Shown piece by piece: positions 63,044 through 64,000 of a stretch of 64,000 nucleotides of DNA. The first letter of the stretch is position 1, and every line of letters begins with the position of its first letter. Location of the stretch: positions 32,001 to 96,000 of the forward strand of contig JBCCQQ010000010.1 in NCBI GenBank assembly GCA_039024555.1, read 5' to 3'. Position numbers and translations under genes: made by a program. Source of the stretch: Cyanobacteria bacterium P01_D01_bin.156. GTDB lineage: Bacteria; Cyanobacteriota; Cyanobacteriia; Phormidesmidales; Phormidesmidaceae. The notes under the pieces were generated by a model, which did no database searches, had not been told where the DNA came from, and saw only the letters and a program-made list of their open reading frames with translations.

Positions 63044-63919
63044 TTAGGAAATGCGGCGGTTGATCAGAGGATAGGTGAGGGCTAGAGACCCCACGCAGAA
63101 GCAGACCAATAGCACCAGGGTGGTTCCCATGGAAATTTCTCCCCAGGCGGTTTGCATCACAATGCTGCTAAGGTTCCAGTCGTTGTGCAAATACAGGTAG
63201 CGGATGGGTTCGATTGCGTAGCTCAATGGATTTAAGCTGGCGACGGTACTTAGCCATTTAGGCATAAAGGACAGTGGCACCAGAGCTGTGCTGGCAAACA
63301 GCAGCGGTAAATTGGCGACAAAAATGACGGCAATTAGTTCAATATGGCCGGGTAGAGCAAAGGCTAGCCCCAAACTAAAGGCTGTTACTCCCAATACCAG
63401 CATAAGAATAATGGCCATCATCAGCCCCAGCCCCGCAATGCTGGGAAGTCCCGCCCCAAGAAATGCGCTCAGGGCCACAATTGCGGCTGTTTGGACCAAG
63501 CTCATGGCCGCAATAAACAATGCCGAGGCGATAACAATAGAAAATCGTGAGACCAGCGGCGCTACCAATAGACGGTTCAAAAAGCCAAATTCTCGGTCAA
63601 ACATCACCGGCAGGCCAGCATTAAGAGCACCCCCAAAGGCGGTAAAGACAATAATCCCGGCGCCGATAAACTGACCGTAGTTGACGCTATCGCCAAATAA
63701 CCCCTGGGGCACATTCTGAAACAGAGCCCCAAACAGGATCAGCCACATTAGCGGTTGAATAATGCCAGCAGCCAAGGTGGAGGGGCGGCGCTGTAGCTGA
63801 ATAAATAGGCGTTTGGTTAGGGCCAGGGTTTCCTGGATCAACTCGCTGACACCAGGAGATGCGATCGCATCATCTTTCCACTGCTGTAGCTGACTATTTT
63901 GAATACTGGAACTGCTCAT
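63044..63919 (-). CDS. ycf38: ABC-2 type transporter permease (Ycf38-like)
   Basis: RLFIQLQRRPS, FDREFGFLNRLLVAP, NPLSYAIE. Confidence 0.8.
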   Translation of the reverse strand: MSSSSIQNSQLQQWKDDAIASPGVSELIQETLALTKRLFIQLQRRPSTLAAGIIQPLMWLILFGALFQNVPQGLFGDSVNYGQFIGAGIIVFTAFGGALNAGLPVMFDREFGFLNRLLVAPLVSRFSIVIASALFIAAMSLVQTAAIVALSAFLGAGLPSIAGLGLMMAIILMLVLGVTAFSLGLAFALPGHIELIAVIFVANLPLLFASTALVPLSFMPKWLSTVASLNPLSYAIEPIRYLYLHNDWNLSSIVMQTAWGEISMGTTLVLLVCFCVGSLALTYPLINRRIS

Positions 63920-64000
63920 AGGAGTAGTGAATTTTAGACTTTGAGGTTGAAGTTATTTGCCAAAGTTTATGAGGTCAGGGTAGTTAATTTTAGACGCTCT

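Overview
Chromosomal window from a cyanobacterium, probably a filamentous Leptolyngbya-like one. This is inferred from frequent HIP1 GCGATCGC octamers, a CAAD-containing ValRS, Uma2/DUF928/DUF1822 genes and heptamer repeats. From start to end it holds: two tandem hybrid histidine kinases plus a REC-REC-pseudokinase; a CHAT-protease / sigma-like / DUF1822 / CHAT-CHASE2 / DUF928 cluster; a PBP-DUF4912 operon; sbcC, neopullulanase and TPMT; an iron locus (Fur paralog, futA, TonB-like anchor protein, futB) containing a DUF5674 gene split by a ~130-bp MITE; a wHTH-STAND-WD40 gene; a WD40-KAP NTPase; an AttEFGH-like ABC/lipocalin operon; valS; and housekeeping transporters. The most notable signal is a dense array of TGACTT boxes (42338-42536) between the wHTH-STAND gene and a divergent cluster of small membrane proteins (including an unannotated 57-aa ORF and NfeD), suggesting a MalT-like STAND transcription switch. 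No CRISPR array, rRNA or tRNA was seen. Family assignments come from motif recognition by eye, not database searches.
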